DNA of 55,974 nucleotides, counting the filler, from Jimgerdemannia flammicorona (Eukaryota): NCBI GenBank assembly GCA_003990765.1. It is 2 parts of 2 records of this genome, joined end to end, with 100 filler letters (N's around TTAATTAATTAA, not from the genome) between each part and the next. Parts side by side here need not be neighbours in the genome. Positions count along the whole stretch, not along the records: positions 28,050 to 55,974 come from RBNJ01000593.1; 1 more part is not named here. One strand, written 5' to 3'. The number at the start of each line of letters is the position of its first letter. Positions within the stretch are counted from its first letter, which is position 1. The notes below the pieces were generated by a model. It saw only the letters and a list, made by a program, of their open reading frames with translations, did no database searches and had not been told where the DNA came from. Below are positions 38,703-53,300 of the stretch, piece after piece. A program made the position numbers and the translations under genes.

Positions 38703-40613
38703 ATAGATAGATAAATCCTGAGGACATTAGTATATATCAATTATCTTAAGATATATCTCTCCTCATACTATAAATCAGAAGATTGATCAGCACCTCTAGA
38801 CTCTTATCTTTAGTTCATTTCAGTTACTTTTAATTCTCTTACCTCAATTCTGCCCAGCCTATGAAAACTCCCTTCAGCAAATTTAGATTTATCAGAGAAT
38901 CTCACCTTGACCAGATATCTCCTATAAGTCTATCAACTATAGGTCTACTATACAATTAGTAAACAGTTGTAGAACCTCTCAGCTCCAGAATATAGACCAA
39001 TATTAGAAATACTATAGATCTGATATAAAGGCATATTATTGCTACTGACAGACTATACACTATCTATAAATAAAATATCACAGCATTGATACAGGTATAG
39101 TTCTCCCTATATGATATGTATATAAGAGATAAACCTAGCCACCTACTTGAGCATTATTAGTTATATCAAAATCCTATTTCCAGAAGAAGAAAAAGAACTC
39201 ATAGAGTAGAGTGATCCAGATGTCAATAATGACGATAGTTCAGATATTGATGCTAAAGATACTTATTTATATTGGGATGATGACTAAAGAATAGTTTGAG
39301 AACAGACCATCCTTTAGTAGGGGATAATGTGATAAGCAGCAGAACTATTCTACTGAAATTATAAATTAACCATATACTATATCTAGTACACTAAGCAACT
39401 AAGACTAATTTACTATACTAACTTATATAATTAGCCAGATATATCAAAAATGGTATATTTATCTATATAGGACCTGAATACTTGTACAGAATCTGAATAC
39501 TCTACAGGACCTGAATACTTATACTGAATCAGAAAATATCTATTATAAATAGTCTTCTATAATTAGCAATATAGTAACTAGATAGTAACTATAAATGTAT
39601 AAAATATCAATACCCCAGAGATAAGAGTGAATAAACCTCAGTCTGAAAAGTTCAAAAGCAAAAGACAAGTCTGCCTATCATATTTTGAGAGGAACTCTAT
39701 AACTATTACTAGAAGATTGTAAGCTTACTTTTCACTTTAGTCTACTTTTCAATATAAAGCTAAGAAGTCCACTACTTAAGAAATAAGCCACTATTTTCAA
39801 GAGAAGTCTACTATATTTTAGTTCACTTATCAGATAAGTATGAAGAGTTCAAGAAATCTACTATTCTTAAAGAACCTATAAGAAACCTTACTATAAGTCA
39901 GTCTATTTGATATAACTTTACAGTAGAGTCAGTCTATCTGATGTAAATCTATGCAAATGAAGCTCATCTTTAACATAACTTGTCAAGAACCTGTAACATC
40001 CAAGTTATCTGTATTATCTGAGTTATCCAAGTTATCAAGTTATTTGATATTCTCAGAAGCTACTGATTCAGAAGAATCTGTATCAAACTGAGTTATCTAT
40101 GTTATCCAAATTATCTACCATCTAAGTTATTTCCTAGAAACCTACTGATTTAGGAAGAATCTGTATTATTTACCATTTTTCAAGTTATTAGTCAAATTGA
40201 GTCATTCACTAAATCAAGTTATATATCTGTCAAATCTGTATAAGAGATACTATATATAAGATTATTATGTAAAAATTACATACTTTTAGAGATCATCATA
40301 TTATACAGAGAATTATTATACAGAAATTACATAAGAAAAATCACCAAATTGCCAGACTATTATATATAAGAAAACTACTTGTACCATATATATAAATTAC
40401 TGCTATATCTAGAGAACTATCCCAATAAGAAAATTAATATATATATAAATTGACCATTGTATCCAGATTGGCTATTATACCACTAAACACTAACAAGGAC
40501 CTCAGAAATTATAGAATATTATATTGCTTTTTGACAAAGTAACTGGGGGCTCAAGCCAAACTATATCAATCCTCAACCTTGTAATTTGCCTCTATTGAGC
40601 TAGATATATTATA
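38703..40613 (+). mobile_element. Gypsy copy 4, 3' fragment (IN end, ORF3 38770-39287, LTR 39328-40613)
   Basis: Homologous to ORF3 (ends YWDDD*), PPT and LTR; abuts the 5' LTR of copy 2. Confidence 0.88.
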
Positions 40614-40920
40614 GTAGATATGCTGATAGTATTAGAGAAGAGATAAATATAGTAATATAGATAATAGTTGTGCTTATTTAGAGATAGTATTATTAATATA
40701 CAATCTGATAATATATTATTCTAAAGAAGATGGCTAATATTTATATATAGATTTATAATTAATAGTAAGTAAATATTAATATATAATAACTTTTATAATA
40801 TGAGTAATGAGATAAGACTTATATTTTAGTATATACTTTATATGATATCTCAATATAAATGATACTAACAAAGATAAGAATAAATGAATAGACTGGTAAT
40901 AAAGATGGAGTCCAAGTGAC

Positions 40921-41009
<89 letters not shown>
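40614..41009 (+). mobile_element. LINE 3' end fragment with long poly(A)
   Basis: aataaagatggagtccaagtgactat followed by an ~85-nt A tract. Confidence 0.75.
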
Positions 41010-41011
<2 letters not shown>

Positions 41012-41215
41012 AGCTAATTATATATATATATACTCATTTTAATTTATTTATATATAATATCAAAAATAATTATCATAAGTATAATTATCTCTTACTATCA
41101 AATATGAGTAAAAGGCCTAGTTTACTTTTTCTCAAGAGTTGGTACTTAAGTAAATCACTCTGTTATAGATAATCTTATATATTTTTATATAATAATATAG
41201 TTGGGCTAATAATCT

Positions 41216-41218
<3 letters not shown>

Positions 41219-41252
<34 letters not shown>

Positions 41253-44200
41253 GTCACTCAGACTCCTTTATTATGAACAATCTAATACAATAACTATGAA
41301 CCACAAATCACTACTAACATCATATAATACACATAAGTATAGTTTCCTAACCCACTTCTACTATCTGGGCAAAATAATCTAACTGGTCCAATTAATCCAC
41401 TCCAATTTTCCACTGCACCCCACCCTCACCTAGAATCAAATGACCCTGACTCCCCAATATGATGTCTTGCACCTTCTTAACTGCCCCCAGCTTCTGCCAT
41501 CTCCCCTGGTACCACCAACCCTGTACTACCTCTCACACTAGCCAATGTCATCTCTCTATTAGGTCCCCAACTCCCATCCAATATTCACCTTCAAAGACCC
41601 ATTGTCAGTATGCTGTCATTAAGACCCACACTCCCAAAATCTGCCCAACACCTCCCCAAATGTCCCCAACATCCCCCACCAGTCTCCTCTGGGTGATAAT
41701 ACTGGCAGACTCTTCTGGTCTCCTTCAATCAGAACTCTAATGTTCCTCCAGTATCTGCTAATAATCCTCCACCCCTGGGTAGGCCTCTATGACATGCTCT
41801 GGAGTCTGAGCCACTTCTCCCGAGGTCTCAGCACACCATTCACAATTCTTGCACCCATTGACCACTATCCATCTTATCTGATAATTCAGTATAATATTTC
41901 TTCTCAGGAACCTCCACCAAACTACCCAATATTGAGGAGGCACCACCTTATTCAAAGTGGCTGCCTATCTCCAAATTCTACTCTATTCCCACATCTTGCC
42001 AATACCAGCTGTCTGCCATCCCACTGGCCACCACTCAAGAGGGCCAGATCTGGCCCATTCCATTGCCTCAACCAGAGAATAGTCCTTCAGCTCCTTCCCT
42101 CCTACCCTGAGAAGTCCAAGTTGCCACCACTGCTGCTCAGAGTCCACCCCCTCCTCTACTGCTTCCACCTCTAGCCCTGTTAGGCCCATCATAAGCCAGG
42201 CCTCAATAATGCCCCACCAGAACTCTTTGAACCTCATCCTCCCCACAGATCCAACCTGAAGTAGCCCTCGTATATCCTTCCTCTCCGCACTTTGGGAACA
42301 GAATCTGATCTCCCAATTGTCCATTGCCAATCTCCCCCAGCTCTCTTCCCCTAACTCCACTAATCTGCGACCCCACCAGCCCCTAAGTGTCTTCAATCTT
42401 TGCCAAAAGTCCACCAACCCCAAACCACCATTAGTAATTGGTAGCACCAATGCTTCCCATCCAATCTGTGGTCATCTACTCCTCCAGAGCCACCCTTCCA
42501 TAACCTTTTTGAGATGCTGCACCACCCATCCAGGAAAATCTAGGTGGTAGCTCAGGTACTACAGCTTCAGCAGCCAGTATACCTTCAGGACCACCACTCT
42601 TCCTACCAAGGAAAAGTTTCAACCAGCCCAGCCTGCCAGTGTATCTTCCCATTTTCGAACCATGGAACCCCACCACTCCTTTGGCAAAACAGTCCCAAAT
42701 ACTGAGAACCATATCCCTAAGTACTGTACTGCTTCTCCAGTAGGCACCACTCATCCAAACCCTGCTACCCCTAAGCCTGTACCTAGCTCTAAGGTTTCAC
42801 ACTTTCCCCAATTCAACTTTGTATCTGCCAATCCCTCATACTGTTCAATTCCATCTCTTAAAATGTCCACATCCACCATGCTGCCGAGCCCCACCACCAT
42901 GTCATCTGCAAAGGCCCCCAGCTTCCATACTATCTCACCTATATACAATCCATTCAGCTGTCTTCTCAGCCAGACCAGCACCAGTTCTAGCAAGAGGATG
43001 TAAAGAAGTAGAGAAAGAGAGTCTCCTTGTAGAACTCCTCTTTCTAAGGCAAACTCTGGACTGCTCCAACCATTCATCAGCACTGCCTCTTGACAGCCTC
43101 ACACCAGCCCCATCAACCTTCTGACCTCTCCAAGATCAAATCCTACTTTTTAGAGGATTGCCTCTAGGTAATGCCACCATACCCTATCATATGCCTTCTC
43201 TTGATCCAAGAAGACCATCCTCCCATCGACCTGCTGACTCCTACAGCCTTCCAAGACATTTTGCACCCAGATAGTACTATCTCTAATCTGCCAACCCTTC
43301 ACAAAGCCCCTCTGCTCCTCTCCTATCAGTCTTCCAATCCACTGCTGCAATCTCCCTGCCAAGATTTTTAAGACTAGTTTCCTGTTAACATTCAACAGCA
43401 TGATTGACCACCAGTTACACCACTCCCTCCTATCACCTTTCTCCTTATACAACAAAGACACCAGACCTAAGCTCCCATTCCCAATCCACTGACCCTCTTC
43501 TAGTACAAAGTTAACCATTTCAACAAGCCAAGCTCCAAATTCTGCCTGAAACTCCTTCCAAAACTCCCAAGGGAGTCCATCCTCCCCCAGTGATGAACTA
43601 CTTAGCACCTTCTGCAGAACCTCTAATACCTCCTCTAAAGACACTCTGCCTAATACTGTAGCTCCTATTGCTGGTAATGGCACTACTGGCCAGTTACGTA
43701 CAAGAGGCACCTCTACAACCTCCCCTACTCCAGCACCCCCTCTCATATCACCATCACTCCAGAGAGTCCACTATTGTTCTGAAATCTCCTCCAACATATC
43801 TGTCATACTGGTAACCTCAGTACCATCTTCTCATAAGACTGATGACCAGCTGTGTTGAACCTTTCTTGCCTTCAAGACACCAGATAAGTACTTTGTTGGT
43901 CATTCACCCTCTTCTAGTTGTCTAGCCCTCAGGCATACCAGGAGCCTATCCACTACTCTATTCTCAGCCTCCCTCAAAGTTGCCTGTATGTTGACTACCT
44001 CTCTAGCAAGTTGATACTTCTTCTCTTCTGCCAGTGAACCATTCTCCAATAACTTCAGCCACTACTGCAGACCTCTTTCAACTCTCCTTTCCTTGTTCTT
44101 TTGCTCCTTTCCTGCCACCTTCCCAGTGTCTCTCCAATATGTACCAGCAAGGTGTTTGAATCTGCCCCACCAATCAGCAATAGATAGACCACCAGCTACC

Positions 44201-47085
44201 CACTGCTCTACTTCCTGTTGGGCCAAGTATATAAATTGCTCTTGCTCTACTGGATGTCAAAGCAGAGCCACATTAAGATGCCAATGCCCACCTCCCCCAT
44301 TAATAGCCTGGAATCTTCCACTCACCTCAACTCTCCAATGGTCTGACCATAGACACCACTATACCCTGACTGTATCGAAAACATTACCCCAGTGTTCAGC
44401 TACCAGCACCCAATCAATCTGTATGCCAAACATCCCATTGTCTATAAAATGCTACCTAGTAAAGGGGCCTGATCCATCTCCTGTCCTCAATCATACTCCA
44501 TCTATCAATCCCATGCCCTTTTCTACCTGAAGCCACTGAGACAGCCCCTGAGAAACTGCTACACCAGCTCCACCATCAGACCAATCTAGCACATGGTCTC
44601 TAACCATATTAAAATCACCCCCCAAAATATCTAACCCTAAAGCTGCCCAATCCTCCCAAGCCAGTCACTCCTCCACCCATTGCTTTCACTCTCTGCCAAC
44701 TGCCAGCAGATACACAGAGCTCACCAAGAGTCCATCTCCTTTTCCTCCCTTCAGTCTACTCTATACCAGTCAATCACTAAAACTTTCCACATCCACTAAC
44801 TCCTCCTTTTCAACTCCAACCAGAATACCAACTTGCTTACTCCAACTAGTATCTCTGAACCATTCCCTACTCTATGATTTATAGTCCTCCTCACTATAGG
44901 CCCAAATATCTTAAAGAAATACTACATTATACCCCCAGACTTTCAACCATTGAAATAGATGCCACTGCTTCACACCATCTCGCAAACCATTGACATTGAT
45001 TGACAGAATTCATAGGTTGTACTTCATCATGGAAAATATGGAGATTTAGATATCAGCTGCCACTGCCGCCACCTTCTCAGCTCGGCCCTTAATGATGTCT
45101 CAATGCTCCTTACAGACTGCTCACCAAATCCTCTTGCCATTATTACTACCACAGAAGAGGTCTACTCACTCGAACACCACCTTATGAATGTCTGCCATTT
45201 GGTCATCATCTACCTCATATCCTTCATCCTCCAGAAGGGCTGCAACTATTGCAGTCACCAGCTTTGGTCCCTGTAATGCCACCTTGAGAAATCCTTCACA
45301 TGCCTCCAGGGAGTTCTGAAACACATCCACTTTCTTAATGTCATCCTCAGCCAGTTCTTCCAGAACCACCTTGAACCAGCCATCTGCCACCATTGCCAAT
45401 GGCCCTGGAGTTGCAGGCCTGGGAGTCCTGCACAGCTTCTGAAGCAATTCCCTGTCCGCAGATACATCTAAAGCAATATCCACCAGCTTATCCTCTTCAG
45501 AGACCTTATCTAACTGCACTACCTCCCCTGCTTCTGGACATTCTCAGTACATATTCACTGACCTAGCCATTACCATGTCTTCCATCTGAGTTTCTGGAAC
45601 CATCTCAACATTTTCTTCAAAGTCCACTCCTTGCTCTTCTGCACCATCTGCCCACTTCCCTGTCACCGGTGTATACACAGATTCCCCCACTCCCCCCAGC
45701 TGTGAGAAGGACACCTCAGCCATCTCTACTCCTTCTATTCAATTCCTGTCAGATGCTATCCTTTCAACCTCCTCCTTCACAGATGCTTGCAATACTGCCT
45801 GCAGCCATTCCCAGTTTGCTTTACACCAATGCTTCCTCTTGCCATCTGTCTCAATCCAGATCCAATCTTTCGCAAATTTCTCCTATCTTCTTTTCCACAA
45901 TACCTTTGCCTCATCACGCTCCTCAAGGGCTATCAGCAGCTCCTCCTCTTCCTGCTCAGAGCCTTTCCTCCTCCAGACTCAACAGTTCTGCTCTCCAACA
46001 CGAATGACCTCCAGCCAGTCTTGTCCCAAGCCTGTTGCCTCCTTTCCCTCCAGCCACACCATCACTTCACAATTACCATTCCTCAACTTCGTGCCCTCCC
46101 AAAATATAAATCCGAAATCCACTATCTCCCCAAAGCCTTCCAGAGCCTTGGCAATCACCATCTTTATCTCCTGTCTGCTCAGTATTGGTAATCTTTTCAC
46201 CACCAACCTCACTGCATGTGGGTCCCATCTCAGGCACCTCACCATCCCCATCTTGACATTCTTGACCATCAGCCCCTTCTCCAAGGCCTTTACCATAGCC
46301 TCCTCTTCCACAAATCTGACTTCCACTGCCTCTACTGAGGGGATAAATCTCAGCAACTCAGCCCCTGCAACCTCCTCACTCACTAGCCATAGAACTTCCT
46401 TAGCCAACAAACCAAGGCTCAGGAAGTTGGCAGAGATTGCCCATGTTGATACTGACTTATGGAAGAACAGTTGTACTACCAGCTCCCCAGTTCCTGCTGC
46501 CAGAGTTGCCTTGTTCTTGCTGCTAGACATGCCTGCTACTATCTCGCTAGGAGCTACTATACTACCAATAGTCCCACCCCCAGCTACTGGCCCAGCCCCA
46601 GGAAAGCCAGTCCCAGTTATCACACTCCGGGACCCCTGACCCCTGCTGGGTCCCTGGCCAGTCAGCTGACCAGTCACCTGATGTCCACTCCTGTCAACAC
46701 TATGCTCCTGCTGCCCTCCAATCATAGGCCTAGAGGCTGCCCACTTACTCCCTATCACCATGTACCAGCCATCCAGTCCTGCTGCTGGTCCTTGATCTCC
46801 AGCCTGTCCTCCAGCTCCACCTTGACCAGCAGCTGCCACAAAACTCTTGGGGAGGCCTAGGCCAGGCCTCCTCCTCTCTAGGCACTCCGAGCTTGATGAG
46901 CCTTGGGTCACTATACCATGAAAACTTGATGGATTTTGACAAAACTTATTATGAATGGTTGCCAGACTTCTGCCACACCTTGCACACCAGTATAAACAAA
47001 GTGAAAACTTGAAAATGTGTTGCTTTTCGCAAAAAGATATCTGTGTGGCTTAGCTCACTCTGAATGGTTTGAGCAAAAGAAGTCC
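41219..47085 (-). mobile_element. Full-length L1/Tx1-clade LINE, copy B (ORF1 ~46911-45046; ORF2 45030 to ~41430), inactivated
   Basis: Colinear with copy A; 17-bp TSD tgggct(a/g)ataatcttat at 41202-41218 and 47086-47102; poly(T); RT motifs FLDQEKAYDRV and AFADD. Confidence 0.94.
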
Positions 47086-47440
47086 TGGGCTGATAATCTT
47101 ATAATTATAAACAATATTAAATAATATTCAATAAAGTGAGTAGTTGAGATAGACCAATATAATGGCCATTTATGACTATATATCCAGCAAATAACAGGGT
47201 AATCAAGAAATATAGCAAAGATGACATCAATAGATAACAGGAATATCTTTTATCAAAAGTCTTCAAAATAAACTATATAAAGTAGGTAGTTGTTACCTAG
47301 GATATAATGATAAATATCTTAGAATCTATTATGAGATATAATCATAATAGCTATTAATAAAACATATAGTATCTATTAAATAAAAATATTATAAAATATA
47401 GTTATATAATATCAAAAGAGAAAAAATTATCACTAGATAC

Positions 47441-47850
47441 TATAATATACTAGCTTAATAGAGATAAATTATAAGGTTGGAGCTACTATATAGATTAGCT
47501 TAAACTCTCAGTTACTTTATTAAAAGTAATAAAATATTCAATAATTTCTCTATTTTGTATAATATAGATGATTTCAGCAGATTTCCTAATTTAGCAATTT
47601 GGTATAGTATGAAAATTTCAGTAGACTTCTCTTAAGCAAGCAGATTTTCCTAAGTTGGTAGATTTTCCTGATAATTTGATAGTTCTCTCTCTTTGAATAA
47701 GTGATATAGCAGAAGTAGTTTTCTTATATATAATTTCTATATAATAATCTTTATATTATATAGACAATTTGACAGGCTTTCTTATTAGATAATAAGTTGG
47801 AAATTTGATAGATGATATAATTCTTTCTGAATTGGTAGACTTCTAGCTAT
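47441..47850 (-). repeat. Decayed LTR 3'-end fragment of the Gypsy family
   Basis: Reverse-complement match to the LTR terminus ...ttgtaatttgcctctattgagc...attaca. Confidence 0.7.
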
Positions 47851-47939
47851 CTATATAGAGAGAGGAGGAGCAGTAGATTGTTCTTCAGATGCAGCTGGTG
47901 GGAGGAATATGTGATGAGTAATTGATAGTTGGGTGGGCT

Positions 47940-50863
47940 CTCAAATGACTATTTAACTACAAAGAACCTACTGAAATCCTAGTCTTCTGGATCCTTATCC
48001 TTTAGGATTACAAAATCACCATTATTTATAAAGCAGGAAAAGCTCATAACAATATTGATATACTTTCCTACCAACTCCAAGAATCAGAAGAAGAGTATAC
48101 TAAGAAACTATACTCTAAAAAAGCTCCTCAAACCATCAAGGTACAAGAAGATCTCATCCAAAAAGAACACTAAAAAGCCCACTAAGAATAGGTAAATATA
48201 GAAGAAAATCTGTAAACAATACACCAACATTGGCCCAACCTCAGAATATAAGTCTGAGATATACTCAAGAAATGTAATATCTGCCAGAAGTACCAAAAAA
48301 GGAAGAACTATTAAATCAATCATACTACCAGATAACATTCTTTAGATATGGAGAGTGGATATAATTGGACCTCTACTAGTTATACTAAGAAGAAATAAGT
48401 ACATTCTTATATTTGTAAAATATCTGACCAAGTGGCCTGAGGCTTTTCCAATAGAAATTGCAGATACCCTGACCATTATAGGCCTTCTCCATAAACTCAC
48501 ACTCAGATATAGATCTCCAGAAGAACTTATCTCTAACTGAGATACAGAATTCATCAATAATATAATCACAAGTTATGTCTGAATTCACAAGATCCACCTC
48601 AAATAAACTACATCATATTACTCTCAGATAAATGATATGACAGAAAGAATGAACCAGACAATCAAGAAAGAACTTGCCTGAGTTAATCCTACTAACTGAG
48701 ACCTCTGCTTATCTGAGATCCTATGGGAAATTCAAAACACCCCTGCTGCCTCTATCAAACAAAAACTCTTTGAGGTGATATTTGTCAAGAGAACTAGAAC
48801 TACTGATCATGAGAACTTCAGAGACCTCCTCAAGAAGACAGAACTATTATATAATCAAGTATAAGTTCAGATTATCAAGACTCAGGAAAGATAAAAGAAG
48901 TACTATAACTAGAAGTAGAAGGATCAGAAGATCAAGATTAGAGATCAAGTACTAGTTTGGAGAAGTATGATTGAAACAAACTTTGTCACCAAACTGAAGC
49001 CCAAATGAGAAAGATCTTATCTTGTACACAATATCAGAGAAACTAGTATCTATTTAAGAAACATATATAGACAAATCCTCAGAACACTAGTATATATCAA
49101 CTGCCTCAAGATATATCTCTCTCCTCACCATAAATTAGACAATTAACTAGTATCTCCAGATTCTTGTTCTGAGTTCATTCTAATTACTTCCAGTTCCTCT
49201 CCCACAATTCTGCCAAGTCAATAGAAATCCCCTTCAATAAATCCAGACTTATCAAGAGAACCTCACTCTGGCCAGATATTTACTTCAAGTCCACTAGCTA
49301 TAGGTCTACTATGTAATTGGAGAATAGTTACAGAACATTCTAATAGCAGACCTAACCTACATCAGAAACTCTACTGGCCTTACTCAGAAAAACACTACTG
49401 CTGCAGACAGATTGTATACAATCTATAAACAAAATATCTCAGCACTGATACAGATACAATTCTTCCTAAATAATATACAAAACATAAACCCTACCACCTA
49501 CTGGAGTATCATCAACCATATTGAGATCCTGTTCTCAGAGAAAGAAAAAGAATCTATCAAATAGAGTGACTCTGATCCAAATAAAGATACAGATTCAGGT
49601 ATTGATACTGAAGATACTTATATATATTGAAATTATGACTAAAGGATTATCTGAGGGCAGACCATCCTTTAGTGGGGGCTGATGTAATGAGTAATAGAAT
49701 TGTACTGCCAAAATCATAAATTAGTCATATATTATATCTAGTATACTAAGCAACCAAAACTACTTTACTGCACTAACTTGTATAATTAGTCTGAGATACC
49801 AGAAACAGTATGTTTACCTATACTGAGTGAATACACTACTGAGTAGATATACTATACTAAATAGGTATACTATACCATCTAGAAATACTTACTATAGATA
49901 GTAACTAGATAGTAATTTCAACTATATAAAATACCCCAGAGATAAGAGTGAATAAACCTCAGTTTGAAAAGTTGAAGTAAACTAAAGAAGCCTTTAAAGA
50001 TTGAGCATTAGTTTCTTTTCCTCACTCTAGTCCACTTTCCGATATAAAGATTGATTAGTATACTTGCTAGATAAGCCTGAAGATTTGCTACCAAAGTTTG
50101 AGTGAAGAACTTTACTGCCATTTGAGTAATTTGTTACTTAAGAAATAAGCTGACATTTTTAAGTTACCATATTCCCAGAGAGTCTTAAGGAACCTTGCCA
50201 CAAGTCAGTCTTTTGATATGACTTTATAGTGATTTATTTATATAAACAAAGCTAGTTTTTGACATAACTTACCAAGAACTTAAGTTATCAAGTTATCTAA
50301 TATTCTCAGAAGAATCCTACTGATTCAGAAAGAATCTGCAATATCCAAACTATCCAAGTTATCTAAATTATCTATATCATCTGAGTTATTTACTTATCTC
50401 AGTAAATCTGATTCAGAAGAATCTATATCACTCTCTATTCCCAACTGTCCCATATAAGGAACCCATCATGCTATATAGAGATCATTATACTATATAAGAT
50501 TATCATATAGAAATCACATAAAAAGAAACTGCTAAATTGCCAGACCATTATATATAAAGGAGATTACTATACTATATAAAGATTATCATACTATACAGAA
50601 ACCATTATATAAATTGCCGACACTACACATAAATCACTACTATATTCAAGAACTGTCTCAATAAGGAAATCCACATAAATTGACTATTATGCAAACAGAG
50701 GAACTACTATTGTATTTAGATTGACTATTAAACTACTAAAAACTAAGAACCTTAGAAATCTTAGAACATTTTATTACTTTTTGACAAAGTAACTATGAGC
50801 TCAAGTCAAACTACATCAACCTCCAATCTTGTAATTTGTCTCTATTGAGCCAGGTATATTACA
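47940..50863 (+). mobile_element. Gypsy copy 5, 3' portion (RH end, IN, ORF3 49130-49642, PPT, LTR 49683-50863)
   Basis: DIIGPLLVILRRNKYILIFVKYLTKWPEAF; PPT agtgggggctga; LTR TGTAAT...ATTACA. Confidence 0.92.
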
Positions 50864-51049
50864 ATATATATAATTTAAATAAATTACTTTTATTCATTAC
50901 TGAGCTCTGATCTATAATAATAATATATATCAAAGATACTAAATAAAGTTTAAACTATATAAAATAACTAAAACTAATTAAAGTAAGATACTTAGTCTAA
51001 AAAAAGATAAAAGTATTTTATATAACTTAATCTATAATTGAGTTTAAAG

Positions 51050-53300
51050 ATAGATCGAGTTAGATAGATCAGGTTCAAATATAGATTAGATTGAAGATAA
51101 AGCAGATAAATTAGCTAACTATAAAAGGAAAGGATTAAGGTTTTTGACTATAATAATATCGTGTAAGCAGAACGTTCGTGAGAAACTCAACTTGTTTTTT
51201 CGTTTATTTCCTACGCCAACTGCAGGCCAGGAGAGTGAGGATATACGAAGGCTAAGGCGAAGCAATTGGTCAGGCCAAAGGTCAGCGAGAAGAGCATAGG
51301 ACCGTGCAATTACATACTGCGTGGTTTTGGAAACGAAAGATAATGTTTGGAGGATATAAGAAAACGGTTCGAGTCCACAACATTGCCTTATTGTCCTGCC
51401 TACCACATAGTATGCGGACACAAGCAAAGCTCGCGCCCAGTTTTAGTGCATATCTCATATACCGAAAAGATGGTCAGTCCGCAGGTACGAATCGAAGGAG
51501 CAAAAAGATCCTTGCATACGCGAAACAACATTTCACATACATGAGCGATACTATGGAAGCAGCAAGGGCGTACAATACAAGAGAAGACAGCATAGATCGT
51601 TCGACTGGTTTGCCCCATATATTCATTCCGTAAGCAACATCTTGTACACTGGCGTATATTCATTGCAGTAAACAGAAAGACCAACGCAAACCGTAAGTTT
51701 TGGCTTATCTTGTATATTTTACATAGATAACATAATAAATAATATTTACATATGCAGACGTAGACACCAATCAAAGCCGTTTCTCTCTCACTTAACATAT
51801 ACAATATAATACATATCGACCCATATTCCTCAGAGCCCTATTTACAGGTACAGAAATCCTTCGGACCGTATTAGTCCATCACCCTCCTATCCTCAAACCC
51901 CAACACCTCACCAACGTCTCGCCACGCGTCACCGACACGTCACTACGCCTCACCGACACGTCACCGCGCCTCAGCGGCTTCAGCAGATGGATCATTTTCT
52001 CGTTCACGGACCCTCCTCCGTGACCGCTCAACTCGCGGTGCAGCTCGAAGTTGTGCTCGCTGTGAAACCGCCGATGGCAATCTTCGCAGCGTAACATGCT
52101 TTGATCGGGTTGGGGAAGTCGTTTGAGGTTGAGTACCGATAAATTGCTTGAAGGGCGGGGGCCCTCGGGATCAGCCGAGAAAAGCGAGGAGGCGGCGGGT
52201 AGAGAGATGCAGAAAATGTAGATGTACAGGACCGTTCAAAAAACAAACCGGTATGTTTCAGGGGCAGTCGTTAAAGAACTCGTTTACTGCAGCGTACGGC
52301 TTCGATCAGCACATGCTTTATATGCCTTTATCCATGTTCGGTACTGTCAAAAGGATTTTCCCACCGTCCTCCCCCTCGCCGTCAACAATGATCCAGGACG
52401 GATCTGTTTCGCAGCATAGCAGGAGAACGCAGCAAGATCCGGAAACGCGGAAAGCAGGGGTTGCCGGAGGAAGGCGGTGATTGGGGGGTCGATCGGATTG
52501 GTGTTTCAGAAAGGAAATTCAAAGTATCGACATTTAGTATGCTATAAATCTCCTTCTAGCTCGTAACAGAGTTTGTAGCCGGTAGGTAACTGACCAAAAT
52601 TTTCCTGGCTTCGGCAGATCCATCATTTCCGATCTTGACACTCCTATGCCACTTCTCTTCAAAAATGTTTAGCGAGCCAGTTGACCTTGGATTGTGTATG
52701 CCGGAATCCCATTTTTCCTGATCTTTGACATTCTACTACTAGGTGATAAGGCTGCTGTGTCGCCAATACGCCAGTGTGACCTCTTTGTTTTTTTATTAGA
52801 AGACCATTCTGACGTATCTGATAGACAGCACTACATCTTGAATGAGGGGTGGTGATGTTGTGTGCTCACATAAATACAATCCGACGAGGCGAATACACGG
52901 GAGGGGGGGCAAGCAGGAACAGCGCTCAATGCATCACATGCAGCAACCTATTTGGGAGGGTTCACACCGTTCATTCGACCCTGATCGCATCCGAGTAATC
53001 GCGCGATCGTCGAACAAGCAGGTGGGAGGGCCTTTCTCTCCGGAACATGCCAACGGTTTCGCCGACGAGCATAAAGCGGACGGGTTACAATCGTCTCGTC
53101 TGAAACACAAGCCTCGGCCGAAACTGTGTTTAGGTATCTCGGCCTGAGGCGTCACTAACATCACACCACCCGCCTCGCGTAACGTACGGATGTACTATAC
53201 TTACACTCTCAAATTGTATTTATATTTCCCAGAGACACCGATCACTATGCACCTTGTCGTGTGACGAGCAAATACTATAGTATAGCCAGATGACGTACAA
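51050..53300. other. CpG-retaining, apparently non-repetitive host island
   Basis: CG dinucleotides are abundant here and scarce in the rest of the window. Confidence 0.85.
51838..52097 (-). CDS. Putative small spliced C2H2 zinc-finger protein, 68 aa (exons 52097-51912 and 51858-51838)
   Basis: MLRCEDCHRRFHSEHNFELHRELSGH (C-x2-C-x3-F-x8-H-x5-H). 53-nt phase-0 intron GTGAGG...GACTAAT...AAG; exon 2 encodes DFCTCK*. Confidence 0.6.

Noticed and set aside
51304..51633. 109-aa ORF in the CpG island (also 52148-52480 and 52842-53147)
   Set aside because: No recognisable motif or clear splice structure; cannot be supported without expression data.
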